A stretch of 53,851 nucleotides of DNA, the filler included, from a bacterium (GTDB taxonomy: Bacteria > JBDRGX01): the NCBI GenBank assembly GCA_043817485.1. It is 8 parts of 8 records of this genome, joined end to end, with 100 filler letters (N's around TTAATTAATTAA, not from the genome) between each part and the next. Parts side by side here need not be neighbours in the genome. Positions count along the whole stretch, not along the records: positions 1 to 10,200 come from JBDRGX010000137.1; positions 10,301 to 25,505 come from JBDRGX010000139.1; 6 more parts are not named here. The stretch is one strand, 5' to 3'. Both the position numbers and the translations under genes were made by a program. Of this stretch, positions 1 through 10,461 are shown piece after piece. The number at the start of each line of letters is the position of its first letter. Position 1 is the first letter of the stretch. The notes under the pieces are model-generated. The model ran no database searches. It saw only the letters and a program-made list of their open reading frames with translations, and was not told the origin of the DNA.

Positions 1-1681
1 CCATTTTAGATCCAGTTTGAGCAGCATTTCCAATAAATCTTATTTTAGAAGAATCAATATTTGGAATAAGTCCTATTTTAAGAGCATTTTCTTTTCTAAT
101 ATAATTTCCAAAAGTACCAGCAATATATACTTGTTCAATATCTTCATTTTCTATTTCTAATATTTTTTTTAATACTTCTATGCCTGCTTTAATTGCTGCT
201 TTAGCTAATTGCAAATTTCTTATATCTTTTTGAGTAATTTTAATTTTTGAAGATAAATAAAAAGCATTATTATCTAATCTTTTTAATAAAAGTGGAGATA
301 AATTATTTTGTAATTCTTTTTTTGTTTTAAACTTACCTGTTGAATCTAAAATTCCTTTTTTAAGCATTTCTGCAACTAAATCAATTAACCCAGTTCCACA
401 AATTCCACAAGGTTCGATATTTCCAATTACATTAACAATTACATCATCTTCTAAAATAACCTTTTCTATAGCACCTTGTGTTGCACGCATTCCACAAGAA
501 ATTTCTCCACCTTCAAACGCTGGACCTGCTGCTGTTGAACAAGATAAAAGTCTATGTTTTGATCCTAAAACAATTTCTCCATTAGTGCCAATATCTATAC
601 ATAAAGAAATTTTATCTTTTTTATAAATTTCACTTACAAAAATAATGCCAATAATATCACTACCTACAAAACTAGAAATATTAGGTAAAGAATAAACATT
701 AGCCTTTTTATTTATTTTAAGTTTTAAACAAGAAGATTTTTCTTTAAAATTATTAGAAATAACTGAAACAAAAGGAAAAATTCCAAGTGATTTAGGAGAA
801 ATTTTGAAAAAAAGATGTTGCATACAAGGATTTCCAACTATACACATTTCATAAATATTTTCTTTTTTGATTTTAGTTTGTTTTGCAATTTTTATTATTA
901 TTTCATTTATAGTGTTAATAATTTCTTGATGTAATTGCATTAAACCATTTTTTTGATTTATACAAAAATTTATTCGAGAAATTACATTAGCCCCAAATTT
1001 AGTTTGTTTATTTAAAAAAACTTCGGTTAAAATTTCTTCACCAGTATTAAGATTCATTAAAGTTCCAACAACTGTTGTTGTTCCTATATCAAAAGCAAAA
1101 CCATAATTTTTATTTGTAGTATCATTCTGTTCTAAAGCAATTATTTTTTCATTATCAACAACAACTGTTATTTTGTAATCACTTTTTTGTAAAAAATCTG
1201 TAAGTTTTTGAAGAAGAAATAAATTTGGCTGAAATATTTTCCCAGTTTTATTTTTAAGACAAGTTTGTAAATTTTCAAATAATGAAATTTGTGTTTCAAT
1301 GTTTGGTTTTTCAAGATGAAAATAATATTTTTTAATAGTAGACTCAAAAGAAATTTTATTTTCTCTTTGCAAAGATAATATTTTTTCTTTATATAATTTT
1401 ACTTCTTTTTCTACAAAAATTACAGATTCTTGATATATTTTAGATTGACAAGCAAGCCGTATTCCTTGTTTTAATTTATCAGAAGAAAGATGTTTTTGTT
1501 CTAAAACAGTAGGTTCAAAAGCACCTTTAATAACCTTTACTACACATTTTCCACATGTTCCTTGATCACCACATAAATTAGTAAGGCTAATTCCAGCTAA
1601 TATAGCTGCTTCCATAATAGAAGTTCCTGATAAAACATAAACAATTTTTTTTTCTGGTTGAAAAATAACTTTTATTTCCAA
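1..1681 (-). CDS. ASKHA-domain (DUF4445/RACo-like) corrinoid reductive activator with N-terminal 2Fe-2S ferredoxin domain; 3' end runs off window
   Basis: Not in ORF track. Manual translation from TTG at 1681: MEIKVIFQPEKK...NLCGDQGTCGKC...RLACQ; later FDIGTTTV, FVGSD, IDIGTNGE, AAGPAFEG, GICGTG motifs. Confidence 0.85.
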   Translation of the reverse strand, partial: MEIKVIFQPEKKIVYVLSGTSIMEAAILAGISLTNLCGDQGTCGKCVVKVIKGAFEPTVLEQKHLSSDKLKQGIRLACQSKIYQESVIFVEKEVKLYKEKILSLQRENKISFESTIKKYYFHLEKPNIETQISLFENLQTCLKNKTGKIFQPNLFLLQKLTDFLQKSDYKITVVVDNEKIIALEQNDTTNKNYGFAFDIGTTTVVGTLMNLNTGEEILTEVFLNKQTKFGANVISRINFCINQKNGLMQLHQEIINTINEIIIKIAKQTKIKKENIYEMCIVGNPCMQHLFFKISPKSLGIFPFVSVISNNFKEKSSCLKLKINKKANVYSLPNISSFVGSDIIGIIFVSEIYKKDKISLCIDIGTNGEIVLGSKHRLLSCSTAAGPAFEGGEISCGMRATQGAIEKVILEDDVIVNVIGNIEPCGICGTGLIDLVAEMLKKGILDSTGKFKTKKELQNNLSPLLLKRLDNNAFYLSSKIKITQKDIRNLQLAKAAIKAGIEVLKKILEIENEDIEQVYIAGTFGNYIRKENALKIGLIPNIDSSKIRFIGNAAQTGSKM

Positions 1682-1682
1682 T

Positions 1683-3351
1683 TTAACCTTCTTGTTTTAA
1701 AATTGCTCCAGTATTTGCAGAACTTACTTGCATTGCATAACGATAAAGGTATCCAGATTTTATTTTATAATCAGGTTTAATCCATTTTTCAAATCTATCT
1801 TTTATTTCTTTATCAGTTAATTTTACATTTAATTTTTTGTTTGGAATATCAATTTCAATAATATCTCCATCTTTAAGAATAGCAATAGTTCCGCCTTCTT
1901 GAGCTTCGGGAGAAATATGTCCAATAGCAGCACCTCTGGTGCCACCAGAAAATCTCCCATCTGTAATTAAAGCAACATCTTTATCTAACCCAATCCCAGC
2001 AATTGCTGATGTTGGTCCAAGCATTTCTCTCATTCCAGGTCCACCTTTAGGTCCTTCATAACGAATAACAATAACATCACCTTTTTCTATTTTTTTTTTC
2101 AAGAATTGATTTTGTAGCATCTTCTTCAGAATTAAAAATTCGAGCTGGGCCTTTATGAACAAACATTTTTTCATCTACAGCTGATTGTTTAACTACAGCA
2201 CCATTAATAGCAAGATTTCCAAAAAGAATAGCAATTCCACCATTTTGTGAATAAGCGTTATCAATAGTTCTAATTACCTCTGTATCTAAATTTTTCGCAT
2301 TTTCTATATTTTTTTTAAGAGTATTGCCTGTAACTGTAATTACATCAGTATCAAGAAAATTTTTCTTTTCTAATTCTTTCATTACTGCACAAATTCCACC
2401 AGCTAAATCTAAATCTTCCATATGATGATGTCCAGCAGGAGAAATTTTACAAAGATTTGGAGTTTTTATACTTATTTCATTAAATAAATTCAAATCTAAT
2501 TTTATTTTAGCTTCATTAGCTATGGCTGGTAAATGTAAAACTGTGTTTGTTGAACTACCTAAAGCCATTTCTACATAAATAGTATTATAAAATGCTTTTT
2601 GTGTTGCAATATCTCGTGGCAAAATATTTTTTTCAACTAACTCCATTATTTTCATACCAGTTATTTTAGCTAATCGTTTTCTTTTAGCATGAACTGCTGG
2701 AATAGTTCCATTTCCAGGCAATGCTAATCCTAATGCTTCTGTTAAACAATTCATTGAATTGGCAGTGAACATTCCCGCACAAGACCCAACTCCAGGACAA
2801 CATTCATTTTCTAATTCTTTTAATTCTTCTTCATTAATTTTAGAACAAGCATATTTTCCAACACCTTCAAATACTGTAATTAAATCAACAATTTTATTTT
2901 TTATTTTCCCAGCCAACATTGGCCCACCACTTATAATAATTGAAGGGATATTTATTCGCAACATTGCCATTAACATTCCAGGAGTAATTTTATCACAATT
3001 AGGAATCAAAACTAATCCATCAAAAGGATATGCATTAGCCATTATTTCAATAGAATCTGCAATTATTTCTCTTGAAGCAAGAGAATATTTCATTCCTAAA
3101 TGTCCCATTGCAATTCCATCACAAACTCCAATTGTAGCAAATTCCATTGGAGTTCCTCCAGCAATTTGTATTCCTGTTTTTACAGCTTCAAGAATTTCAT
3201 TCAAATGCATATGACCTGGAATAAGTTTATTGGCAGAATGAGCAATTCCTATAATGGGCTTATTTAATTCTTCATCAATATATCCCATTGCTTTAAATAA
3301 AGAACGATGAGGTGCTTTTGTATAACCTTTTTTCATTAAATCAGAACGCAT
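1683..3351 (-). CDS. ilvD: dihydroxy-acid dehydratase, split into two ORFs (2077..3351 and 1683..2174) by a frameshift in an A10 run at 2090..2099
   Basis: [29 protein letters not shown] in the first [33 protein letters not shown] in the second. Removing one A gives [11 protein letters not shown]. Confidence 0.93.
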
Positions 3352-3373
3352 ATATAACCTCCAATGTTATAAT

Positions 3374-3460
3374 TGAAAAATGCAAATATCAAAATGCAAA
3401 ATTGTGTTTATAAAAATTTTAGATGCAAAATTATTTTTGATTTTTATATAATAAATTTTA
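3374..3460. repeat. low-complexity ~7-mer repeat (AAAATGC/AAATATC) followed by T-rich complementary-type half
   Basis: aaaaatgcaaatatcaaaatgcaaaatt...tttttgatttttatata. Confidence 0.45.
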
Positions 3461-3486
3461 CTAATTTTTTTCAAAAATTTATTTTT

Positions 3487-3515
3487 ATTTTATTACTTTC
3501 TATTTTCTTTGTCAA
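3487..3515 (-). promoter_or_regulatory. sigma70-type promoter upstream of ilvD
   Basis: TTGACA-N17-TAAAAT on minus strand. Confidence 0.55.
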
Positions 3516-3626
3516 ATTTTTTTTTGAATTTTCTGCTTACATAATACTTTCTACAAAAATAGGTTATAGAGGTTTTTTTTATTTTTGGAAGCATATACAT
3601 AGTTATATTAAAGGCGGGAAATTATG

Positions 3627-4211
3627 CTAAAATACTTCAATTTCCAATTTTTTAAACATTTGATATATTTTTCGCAAAGGCAATCCTACTATATTGTAAA
3701 AACATCCTTCTATTCTGCGAATAAAAAAAGCACCTTTTCCTTGAATATCAAATCCTCCTGCTAATTTTGTTGGAGAAATTAATGAAAAATAGTTTTCAAT
3801 TTCTTCATCTGTAAGTTCATCCATAAAAACTTTTGCTTTTTCATAATCCACTAACAATTTATTTTTGTTTTTATCAATTATGGCAACACCTGTATAAACC
3901 CATTGTGCTTTTTGCGATAATTTTTTTAACATTAATTTTGCTTCTTTTAAATCTTTAGGTTTTCCATAAACAATTTTATCTTGTACAATAATAGTATCTG
4001 CACCAATAATAATGCCTTTTTTTAATTTTTCAGCAGCAAACATTGCTTTTTTTAAAGCATTTCTTTTTACTAATTCTGCATAGGATAAATTTGGTTTTTG
4101 TTTTTCTTCTTTTACATATGTTGGAATAACCTTAAAATTTAATCCTAAAATTTTTAAAAGTTCTTTTCTTGCTTTTGAATCTGATGCTAAATATAAATTT
4201 CGTATTTTCAT
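3627..4211 (-). CDS. maf: Maf family nucleoside triphosphate pyrophosphatase
   Basis: LASDSKARKELL, IIGADTI, GKPKD, AGGFDIQG, NIVGLP. Confidence 0.9.
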   Translation of the reverse strand: MKIRNLYLASDSKARKELLKILGLNFKVIPTYVKEEKQKPNLSYAELVKRNALKKAMFAAEKLKKGIIIGADTIIVQDKIVYGKPKDLKEAKLMLKKLSQKAQWVYTGVAIIDKNKNKLLVDYEKAKVFMDELTDEEIENYFSLISPTKLAGGFDIQGKGAFFIRRIEGCFYNIVGLPLRKIYQMFKKLEIEVF

Positions 4212-4255
4212 TAATTTTAATTCTTTCTTTTGTAAAATTTTTGCATAAAAAATTA

Positions 4256-5506
4256 TTAGAAATTTAAAACAGAACTTTCACCTGCAAGATAACCAGTAGA
4301 AAATGCTGCTTGAAGATTAAATCCGCCTGTATCTGCATCTACATCAATCATTTCTCCACAAAAATATAATCCATTAATTAAACGAGATTGCATTGTACAT
4401 GGATCTATTTCTTTTAAAGAAATTCCGCCTTGTGTAATCATTGCTTTTTCTCGTGATAAAAAACCAGTAATACTTAATGGAAAAGATTTAAGTAAAGAAA
4501 TTATTTCTTCTTGCTCATATTGATTAATTTGACTTATTTTTTTATTAGAATCTATTTTTAAAATTTGCATAAATACCTCTGCTAATCTTTGAGGTAAAAA
4601 AGTTTTCATAATACTTAAAACACTTTTTTTAGAATTTAATTTAATTTCTCTTAACAACCGTTCTTTAATTTGCTCATTAGACAAACCGGGTTTTAAATCT
4701 ATTTTGATATTCACAGATTTTTTTTGATTTAACCAATTTACAATTTTAGCACTTAAAGATAAAATTAATGGTCCTGAAATACCAAAATGAGTAAATAATA
4801 ATTCACCAATATCAGAAATTATTTGTTTTTTTTCACAAGTAATTTTAAAACGAATATTTTTAAGAGTAAGGCCTTTTAATAAATTTGGAAATTCTTCTTT
4901 TATTTTCAAAGGAACAAGTCCTGGCATTAAAGGAACAATAGTATGTCCTAATTTTTGAGAAATTTTCAACCCTTCTCCTGTTGATCCAGTAAAAGGAAAA
5001 GAAACTCCTCCTGTAGCTAAAATAACTTTTTTTGTAGAAATAATTTTTCCATTTTCAAGAATTATTTCTTTAATTTCTTTGTTTTCTATTAAAATATCTT
5101 TTAGTTTTGTATTATAAAAAATTTCTACTTTATTTTTAGATAATTCATTTTTTAAAATTTCTAAAACACTTTGAACTTGATCATTTGCAGGAAAAACACG
5201 ATTTTGTCTTTCAACTTTTAGTTTTAATTCCCTTTTTTCAAAAAATGAAATTAAATCTTGATTAAAAAATTTTTTAAATGCATTTCTTAAAAATTGACCA
5301 TTTTTATTAGAAAATTTTTCAATGAAAAAATCTAAATCACAAAAGTTAGTAATATTTCCACGACCTTTACCAGTTAAAAGAAGTTTTTCTCCTAATGAAG
5401 AATTTTTTTCTATAAGTATTACTTTATTTCCTAATTCACTTGCTTTAATTGCTGCCATCATTCCTGCAGGCCCACCACCTATTACAATTACTTCCTTTGT
5501 ATTCAT
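4256..5506 (-). CDS. HI0933/BaiN-family flavoprotein
   Basis: GGGPAGMMAA, TGKGRGNITN, LFTHFGISGP, DTGGFNLQAAFSTG. Confidence 0.9.
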   Translation of the reverse strand: MNTKEVIVIGGGPAGMMAAIKASELGNKVILIEKNSSLGEKLLLTGKGRGNITNFCDLDFFIEKFSNKNGQFLRNAFKKFFNQDLISFFEKRELKLKVERQNRVFPANDQVQSVLEILKNELSKNKVEIFYNTKLKDILIENKEIKEIILENGKIISTKKVILATGGVSFPFTGSTGEGLKISQKLGHTIVPLMPGLVPLKIKEEFPNLLKGLTLKNIRFKITCEKKQIISDIGELLFTHFGISGPLILSLSAKIVNWLNQKKSVNIKIDLKPGLSNEQIKERLLREIKLNSKKSVLSIMKTFLPQRLAEVFMQILKIDSNKKISQINQYEQEEIISLLKSFPLSITGFLSREKAMITQGGISLKEIDPCTMQSRLINGLYFCGEMIDVDADTGGFNLQAAFSTGYLAGESSVLNF

Positions 5507-5538
5507 TTTATTATGTGCAAACTCCTTTTAATTGAAAA

Positions 5539-6267
5539 TTAATATTTTATTTTTTGTAAATATAAACCATAAGCTGGAGCTGGTGCTCCAATAAGTTTTT
5601 TATCAGAAAAAATAAGAATTTTTTTAACATCTTCGGGCTTTATTTTTTCTTTACCTACTTTAATTAAAGTTCCCATAATTAATCTAACCATTTTATGTAA
5701 AAATCTTGTAGCTTCAATTTGAAAAATAATAAATTCTTTGTTTTCTTTAAATATTATTTTTTTTATTTCACAAAATTTATTTTTTGCAGAATCTGAAGTT
5801 ACTGTAAAAGATTGAAAATTATGTTTTCCTATAAGATATTTTGCTGCTTTTTTCATTTTTTTTAAATTTAATTGATAAGGAATAAAATAAGCATAATTTC
5901 TATAAAAAGGTGAGAAATTTTTAATTATTTTGTATTCATATATTTTGGTTTTAGTTTTATATCGAGCATGAAAATCTAAAGAAACTTCTTCTACTTTTTT
6001 AATTAGTATATCGTCACTTAAAAGACTATTTAAAGCATTTTTAATAGATAATGTAGGAATTTGAGAATTAGTTATAAAATTTGCTACTTGTTCATTTGCA
6101 TGAACTTTTGCATCTGTACGACTAGATCCAATTAATTTTATTTTTTCTTGAAAAATTTTTAATAATTTTTTTTCTATAACGGCTTGAATAGTTAAAACAT
6201 CTTTTTGTTTTTGCCATCCATAATAATTTGTTCCATCATAAGCAATAATAATTTTTATATTTCGCAT
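5539..6267 (-). CDS. truA: tRNA pseudouridine(38-40) synthase
   Basis: YDGTNYYGWQ, SRTDAKVHA, FLHKMVR, APAYGLYL. Confidence 0.95.
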   Translation of the reverse strand: MRNIKIIIAYDGTNYYGWQKQKDVLTIQAVIEKKLLKIFQEKIKLIGSSRTDAKVHANEQVANFITNSQIPTLSIKNALNSLLSDDILIKKVEEVSLDFHARYKTKTKIYEYKIIKNFSPFYRNYAYFIPYQLNLKKMKKAAKYLIGKHNFQSFTVTSDSAKNKFCEIKKIIFKENKEFIIFQIEATRFLHKMVRLIMGTLIKVGKEKIKPEDVKKILIFSDKKLIGAPAPAYGLYLQKIKY

Positions 6268-6276
6268 ATTATTTTT

Positions 6277-7758
6277 TTACAAATTTATAATAGAATCAAT
6301 TCCTTCTGCTTGTGGAAGAAAAAATTTCACGGGTTGAATTGTCCCATCTTTTTTAACAATTCTTTCTATACATTTTTTAATCAAAACAGAATGATGAATT
6401 AATAAATCATTTTCAATAACTGAACCAAAAATATAAGTAGTTCCTTTTATATCAACATTTTTACCTATTTTTACTGGATATTCATTACTTCCAGTAATAA
6501 TTACAGATGATTCTATATTGCAATTTTTATCTATAAATACACAACCTTTTATAATATCTCCTTTTAATATGCTAACATTTTCGCTTATAATCATTTTTTG
6601 ATTAGGATAAGTACTTAAAGTAACATTTTCTCCAATTTTTACATTTTTTTCTAATTGAATATTTCCTTCTAAAATACTATTTTTTCCTATTTGAACTTCT
6701 TTGTTAAGTTTTACTCCTTGATAAATTTTAACTCCTTTACCAATGACAATATCTAAATTATTTATTGATTTTTCTAATTCTAAAATATCTTTTACTACTT
6801 CATCATCTATAAAAAAATCATTTTCATCTTCAAAAGTAATAATATTTTTCAATTGATAATAAACTTTTTGACAAGCAATTATTTCCATTTTTTTTAAAAC
6901 ATCTTTTGTATTAAAACCAAGAACTTCTTTATAATCTTCTATTTGCAAAGAATTTATTGAAAAATGGTGAGAATTAAAAATAGGAATTAAACTTGGCAAA
7001 TAATATTCTTGTTGAATATTATCATTTTTGATTTCTTTAATATGTTTAATTAATTTATCAGATTTAAAAGCATAAATACCACCATTAAATTCTCTGATTT
7101 TTAACAATTCTTCTTGAGAAAAACTATAATTGCGTTGATTAAAAATAACTTCATAATTTTTCTTCAAAGAAAGTATATCTTTGTATTCCATAATTTCAAT
7201 TATTTTATTTTCATCTTTTTCAGAAGGATTTCCTAAAATATCATTTTTAGGTACTCGTAAAACTCGTCCATAATCTCCTTGAGGAAAAATGGCTGTTATG
7301 AAAAGTAAATCACTATTTGATTGTTCAAATTTTTCTTTTAAATTTTCTATAAATGATGAAGTGACAAGTCCCATATCACCTGAAAAAACATAAATATTTC
7401 CTTGAAATTTTGAGTCAAGATTTTCTAATGCTACACGAAGAGCATGTCCTGTTCCTTTTTGTTCTTTTTGCCAAACAAATTTAATATTTTCTTTTTTTCC
7501 AATAGATTTTGCTACTTGTTCACCTTTTATTCCAATTACTATTATTTGGTTTTGAGATTTTAACCCATTTATTGCAGAATTGGAAACTCTAACAACACTT
7601 GAAACTCCCCATATCTTGTGAAGCATTTTAGAAGTTTCAGATTTAATTCTTTTTCCATGACCAGCTGCTAAAATAATAGATAAATTTTTTTGATTAAAAT
7701 CTATTTCAGAACTTAATTGTTCTATTGTTTCCAGTATTTTATGATTATTATTTTCCAT
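6277..7758 (-). CDS. GlmU-like sugar-phosphate nucleotidyltransferase with hexapeptide-repeat C-terminal region
   Basis: ILAAGHGKRIKS, QKEQKGTGHA, EYYL and hexapeptide repeats. Start moved from 7791 to ATG 7758 because of an AAGG RBS and the promoter at 7795..7822. Confidence 0.75.
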   Translation of the reverse strand: MENNNHKILETIEQLSSEIDFNQKNLSIILAAGHGKRIKSETSKMLHKIWGVSSVVRVSNSAINGLKSQNQIIVIGIKGEQVAKSIGKKENIKFVWQKEQKGTGHALRVALENLDSKFQGNIYVFSGDMGLVTSSFIENLKEKFEQSNSDLLFITAIFPQGDYGRVLRVPKNDILGNPSEKDENKIIEIMEYKDILSLKKNYEVIFNQRNYSFSQEELLKIREFNGGIYAFKSDKLIKHIKEIKNDNIQQEYYLPSLIPIFNSHHFSINSLQIEDYKEVLGFNTKDVLKKMEIIACQKVYYQLKNIITFEDENDFFIDDEVVKDILELEKSINNLDIVIGKGVKIYQGVKLNKEVQIGKNSILEGNIQLEKNVKIGENVTLSTYPNQKMIISENVSILKGDIIKGCVFIDKNCNIESSVIITGSNEYPVKIGKNVDIKGTTYIFGSVIENDLLIHHSVLIKKCIERIVKKDGTIQPVKFFLPQAEGIDSIINL

Positions 7759-7794
7759 TGTATTTTCCTTAATTTTAGTTAAAATTTTCATATT

Positions 7795-7822
7795 ATTATA
7801 ATAATTATAATTTTTTTGTCAA
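7795..7822 (-). promoter_or_regulatory. consensus sigma70 promoter for the glmU-like/truA/HI0933/maf run
   Basis: TTGACA-N16-TATAAT on minus strand. Confidence 0.7.
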
Positions 7823-7946
7823 TTGTTTTATAATTTACTTTTTCAAAAAATAATTGACAAGTTATAAATTTTTTGTCAAAGGTTCCTTCAAAGAAACTTA
7901 TAAAATAGCAAAATTTTATTATTAACTTTTCAAAAAAAGGGAAAAA

Positions 7947-10172
7947 ATGTATCAAGAAATATTTAATATTTTAAAAAAACAAATTTCTGGGGAAAAAATA
8001 AAAAATACTCTTTCAAAAATTTTCTCAAGTGATAAATATTTTTCTTTTGATAATTTTGAAAAAACAGCTTTAATTTGTGCAAATTTGATGAAAGAATATG
8101 GATTAAAAGAAGTAGAAATTATTCCTTTTAAAACAAATGAAAAATATGGTGATTGGATAATGCCTCCTTATTGGAAAGCAGAACAAGCAGAACTTAAAAT
8201 AATTTTTCCAATTGAATATAATTTAGCAGATTATCAAAAAAATCCACATTCTTTAATTATGTTTAGTTCTCCAACTCCTTCTGAAGGAATTAAAACAGAA
8301 GTAGTTTTATTTGAAGATTTAAAAAATTATTCTTTATTAAAAGGGAAAATTGCTTTTACTGATAAATCTCCACATGAAATAGAAAATGTAGTTTTAAATA
8401 ATGGAGGTATTGGAATTATTTCAGATAACATTCCAGAAAATAAAATTGAAAATAGAGAAAATTTTATTCCAGATGCAACTGTTTGGCGCAATGATTGTTT
8501 TGGATATTTTAAAAAACAAACAGGATTTGGCTTTTCTATATCTTTTGAAAAAGGAAAGCTTTTAAGAAATTTATTAAAACAAGAAGAAAAAGTTGTTGTT
8601 TATGCAAAAGTTAAAACAGAAATTACAGATGGAAAAATATATGCAGTAACAGGATTAATTTCAGGAGAAACAAAACAAGAAATTTTAGGAATTGCTCATT
8701 TATATGAACCTGGTGCAAATGATAACGCATCAGGAGTATCTGTTCTCATTGAAATAGCAAATCTTATAAAAAAATTAGGAAAACCAAAAAGAGGAATTAG
8801 ATTGTTTTTTTCTTTTGAACTTTTTGGAATAATGGCTTATCTCTCTCAAAAAAGAAATCATTCAATTATTGCTGGTATAAATTTAGATATGGTAGGAGAA
8901 GATCAAGAAAAAACTAAAAGTATTTTAAGAATGATTTCAACACCCGCACCAGTTCCTTATTTTACAAATTATTTATTAAAAAAATTATTATTTGATATTG
9001 CTAATTTGGATTCTTCTTTTAAATGGGCAGAAAAATCATTTGATGTTTTAGATAATATTATTTCAGATCCGATGATAGGAATTCCTACTCAATCTTTAAT
9101 TAATTGGCCAGATTTATATTATCATACTTCATTAGATACAATGGATAAAGTAAGTGAAAAAATGCTTTTTAATAGTGGGTTAATTGCTGGAACTTATTTA
9201 TCATTTTTGTCTAAATCTGGATTTAAAGAAGCTTATTGGTTTGTACAAAAAATATATGAGGAAAATAAAGAATTATTTTCCCTTCCATTAAATGAAAAAA
9301 ATTATTATTTAAAAAAAAATGTAAAAAAAATGCTTTTTTCTACATTGTTTTTAGTAAATGAAAATGAAAAATCTGAATTAGAACAATTTATTTTAAAAAC
9401 AATTAATGAAAAATCTGAAAATTTCATTTTTGCTTCTATGGAAAATAATCCACAATATAAATTAATTCCAAAAAGAAAAATATTTGGACCTTTATCAATG
9501 TTTGATTTATCAGAACAAGGAAAAGAAGATTTATCTAAAATTACAGATGAAACCTTTCCTTGGAATAAAATATTAAATTATATTTTATTTTGGACAGATG
9601 GAAAAAAAAGTATTGAAGATATTTTTAATCTTGTAAAACAAGAAAAAAAACTTGATATTTCTTCTATTTCTTCTATTGAGTATGTAAAAAATGAAAACCA
9701 ATATTTTTTAATAGATGATATTTCTCTTAATTCAAAAGGTTATACAAAATCTGTTATTTTTTTTTCACATAAAAAAATAGATAATTTGAGTAATACTTCT
9801 ATTGTTTTAAGTCCTTTTAGTGCAACTTCATCTATTGTTTTAAAAATATTATTAAATTATTTTAAAAATAAAAATATTGAATATACAAATAAAATAAATA
9901 AAAAAAATTCTCTTTTACTTATTGGAGATGATGCTTTAAAATATGAAAATAAAATTTATCCTTTTCAATATGATCTTGGAAATTTATGGTTTGAAATATT
10001 TAAAAAGCCAATTGTTTTTGCTCTTTGGGCAGTAAATAAAAAAAGTTTGTTAAATGAAAAAATTGATATTAGAAAATGTGCTGATACATTATTAGAATCT
10101 AAAAAAATTTTTAAAAATGAATTTAACCAAATTGCAAAGAAGCAAAAAAAAATTATTCGGAAATTTGTATAG
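7947..10172 (+). CDS. DUF4910/M28-like aminopeptidase fused to N-terminally truncated MqnA-like (chorismate dehydratase) domain
   Basis: AHLYEPGANDNASG, NLDMVG, YHTSLDT (peptidase); after ~9650 LDISSISSIEY, SATS, LLIGDDAL, DLGNLW, PIVFALWAV (MqnA-like). Confidence 0.7.
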   Translation: MYQEIFNILKKQISGEKIKNTLSKIFSSDKYFSFDNFEKTALICANLMKEYGLKEVEIIPFKTNEKYGDWIMPPYWKAEQAELKIIFPIEYNLADYQKNPHSLIMFSSPTPSEGIKTEVVLFEDLKNYSLLKGKIAFTDKSPHEIENVVLNNGGIGIISDNIPENKIENRENFIPDATVWRNDCFGYFKKQTGFGFSISFEKGKLLRNLLKQEEKVVVYAKVKTEITDGKIYAVTGLISGETKQEILGIAHLYEPGANDNASGVSVLIEIANLIKKLGKPKRGIRLFFSFELFGIMAYLSQKRNHSIIAGINLDMVGEDQEKTKSILRMISTPAPVPYFTNYLLKKLLFDIANLDSSFKWAEKSFDVLDNIISDPMIGIPTQSLINWPDLYYHTSLDTMDKVSEKMLFNSGLIAGTYLSFLSKSGFKEAYWFVQKIYEENKELFSLPLNEKNYYLKKNVKKMLFSTLFLVNENEKSELEQFILKTINEKSENFIFASMENNPQYKLIPKRKIFGPLSMFDLSEQGKEDLSKITDETFPWNKILNYILFWTDGKKSIEDIFNLVKQEKKLDISSISSIEYVKNENQYFLIDDISLNSKGYTKSVIFFSHKKIDNLSNTSIVLSPFSATSSIVLKILLNYFKNKNIEYTNKINKKNSLLLIGDDALKYENKIYPFQYDLGNLWFEIFKKPIVFALWAVNKKSLLNEKIDIRKCADTLLESKKIFKNEFNQIAKKQKKIIRKFV

Positions 10173-10200
10173 ATTTTAAAGAATATTATAATTGTTTAGG

Positions 10201-10300
10201 NNNNNNNNNNNNNNNNNNNNNNNNNNNNNNNNNNNNNNNNNNNNTTAATTAATTAANNNNNNNNNNNNNNNNNNNNNNNNNNNNNNNNNNNNNNNNNNNN
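10201..10300. other. artificial contig spacer
   Basis: N-run with six-frame stop TTAATTAATTAA. Confidence 0.98.
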
Positions 10301-10388
10301 TAGGAATTTGGCACGAGAAGCATACAACAATATTGTGCTAATCTCAGTAGCAAATGCTATATATTATATTGCTACTTAATTATCAATT
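10301..10388 (+). repeat. diverged copy of the 140-bp repeat at 25366/30353, lacking its first 15 nt
   Basis: taggaatttggcacgagaagcatacaacaatattgtgc vs tagaaatttggcatgagaagtatacaacatgttgtgc; also shares ttaattatcaatt. Confidence 0.75.
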
Positions 10389-10461
10389 CCATAACAGTCT
10401 GTAAAATGCAAATACCCTGATAGAACTAAATATAAATTTTCGGTGCCTGTTGCTAAACATT

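Noticed and set aside
2759-3214. Antisense or nested ORFs (also 5322, 6205, 15628, 15917, 17203, 17865, 22848, 26943, 29149, 33459, 35389, 39765, 43101, 47227, 50965)
   Set aside because: Shadow frames of well-supported genes, with no recognisable motifs.
3373-3630. Short intergenic ORFs (also 11085, 42783, 51394)
   Set aside because: They translate low-complexity or repeat DNA and promoter regions; no family signal.
10389-10455. Possible attC after the antitoxin (TAGCAAC...GTTATGG on minus strand)
   Set aside because: Only the AAC/GTT triplets and a 5-bp A/T arm pair; too weak in AT-rich DNA.
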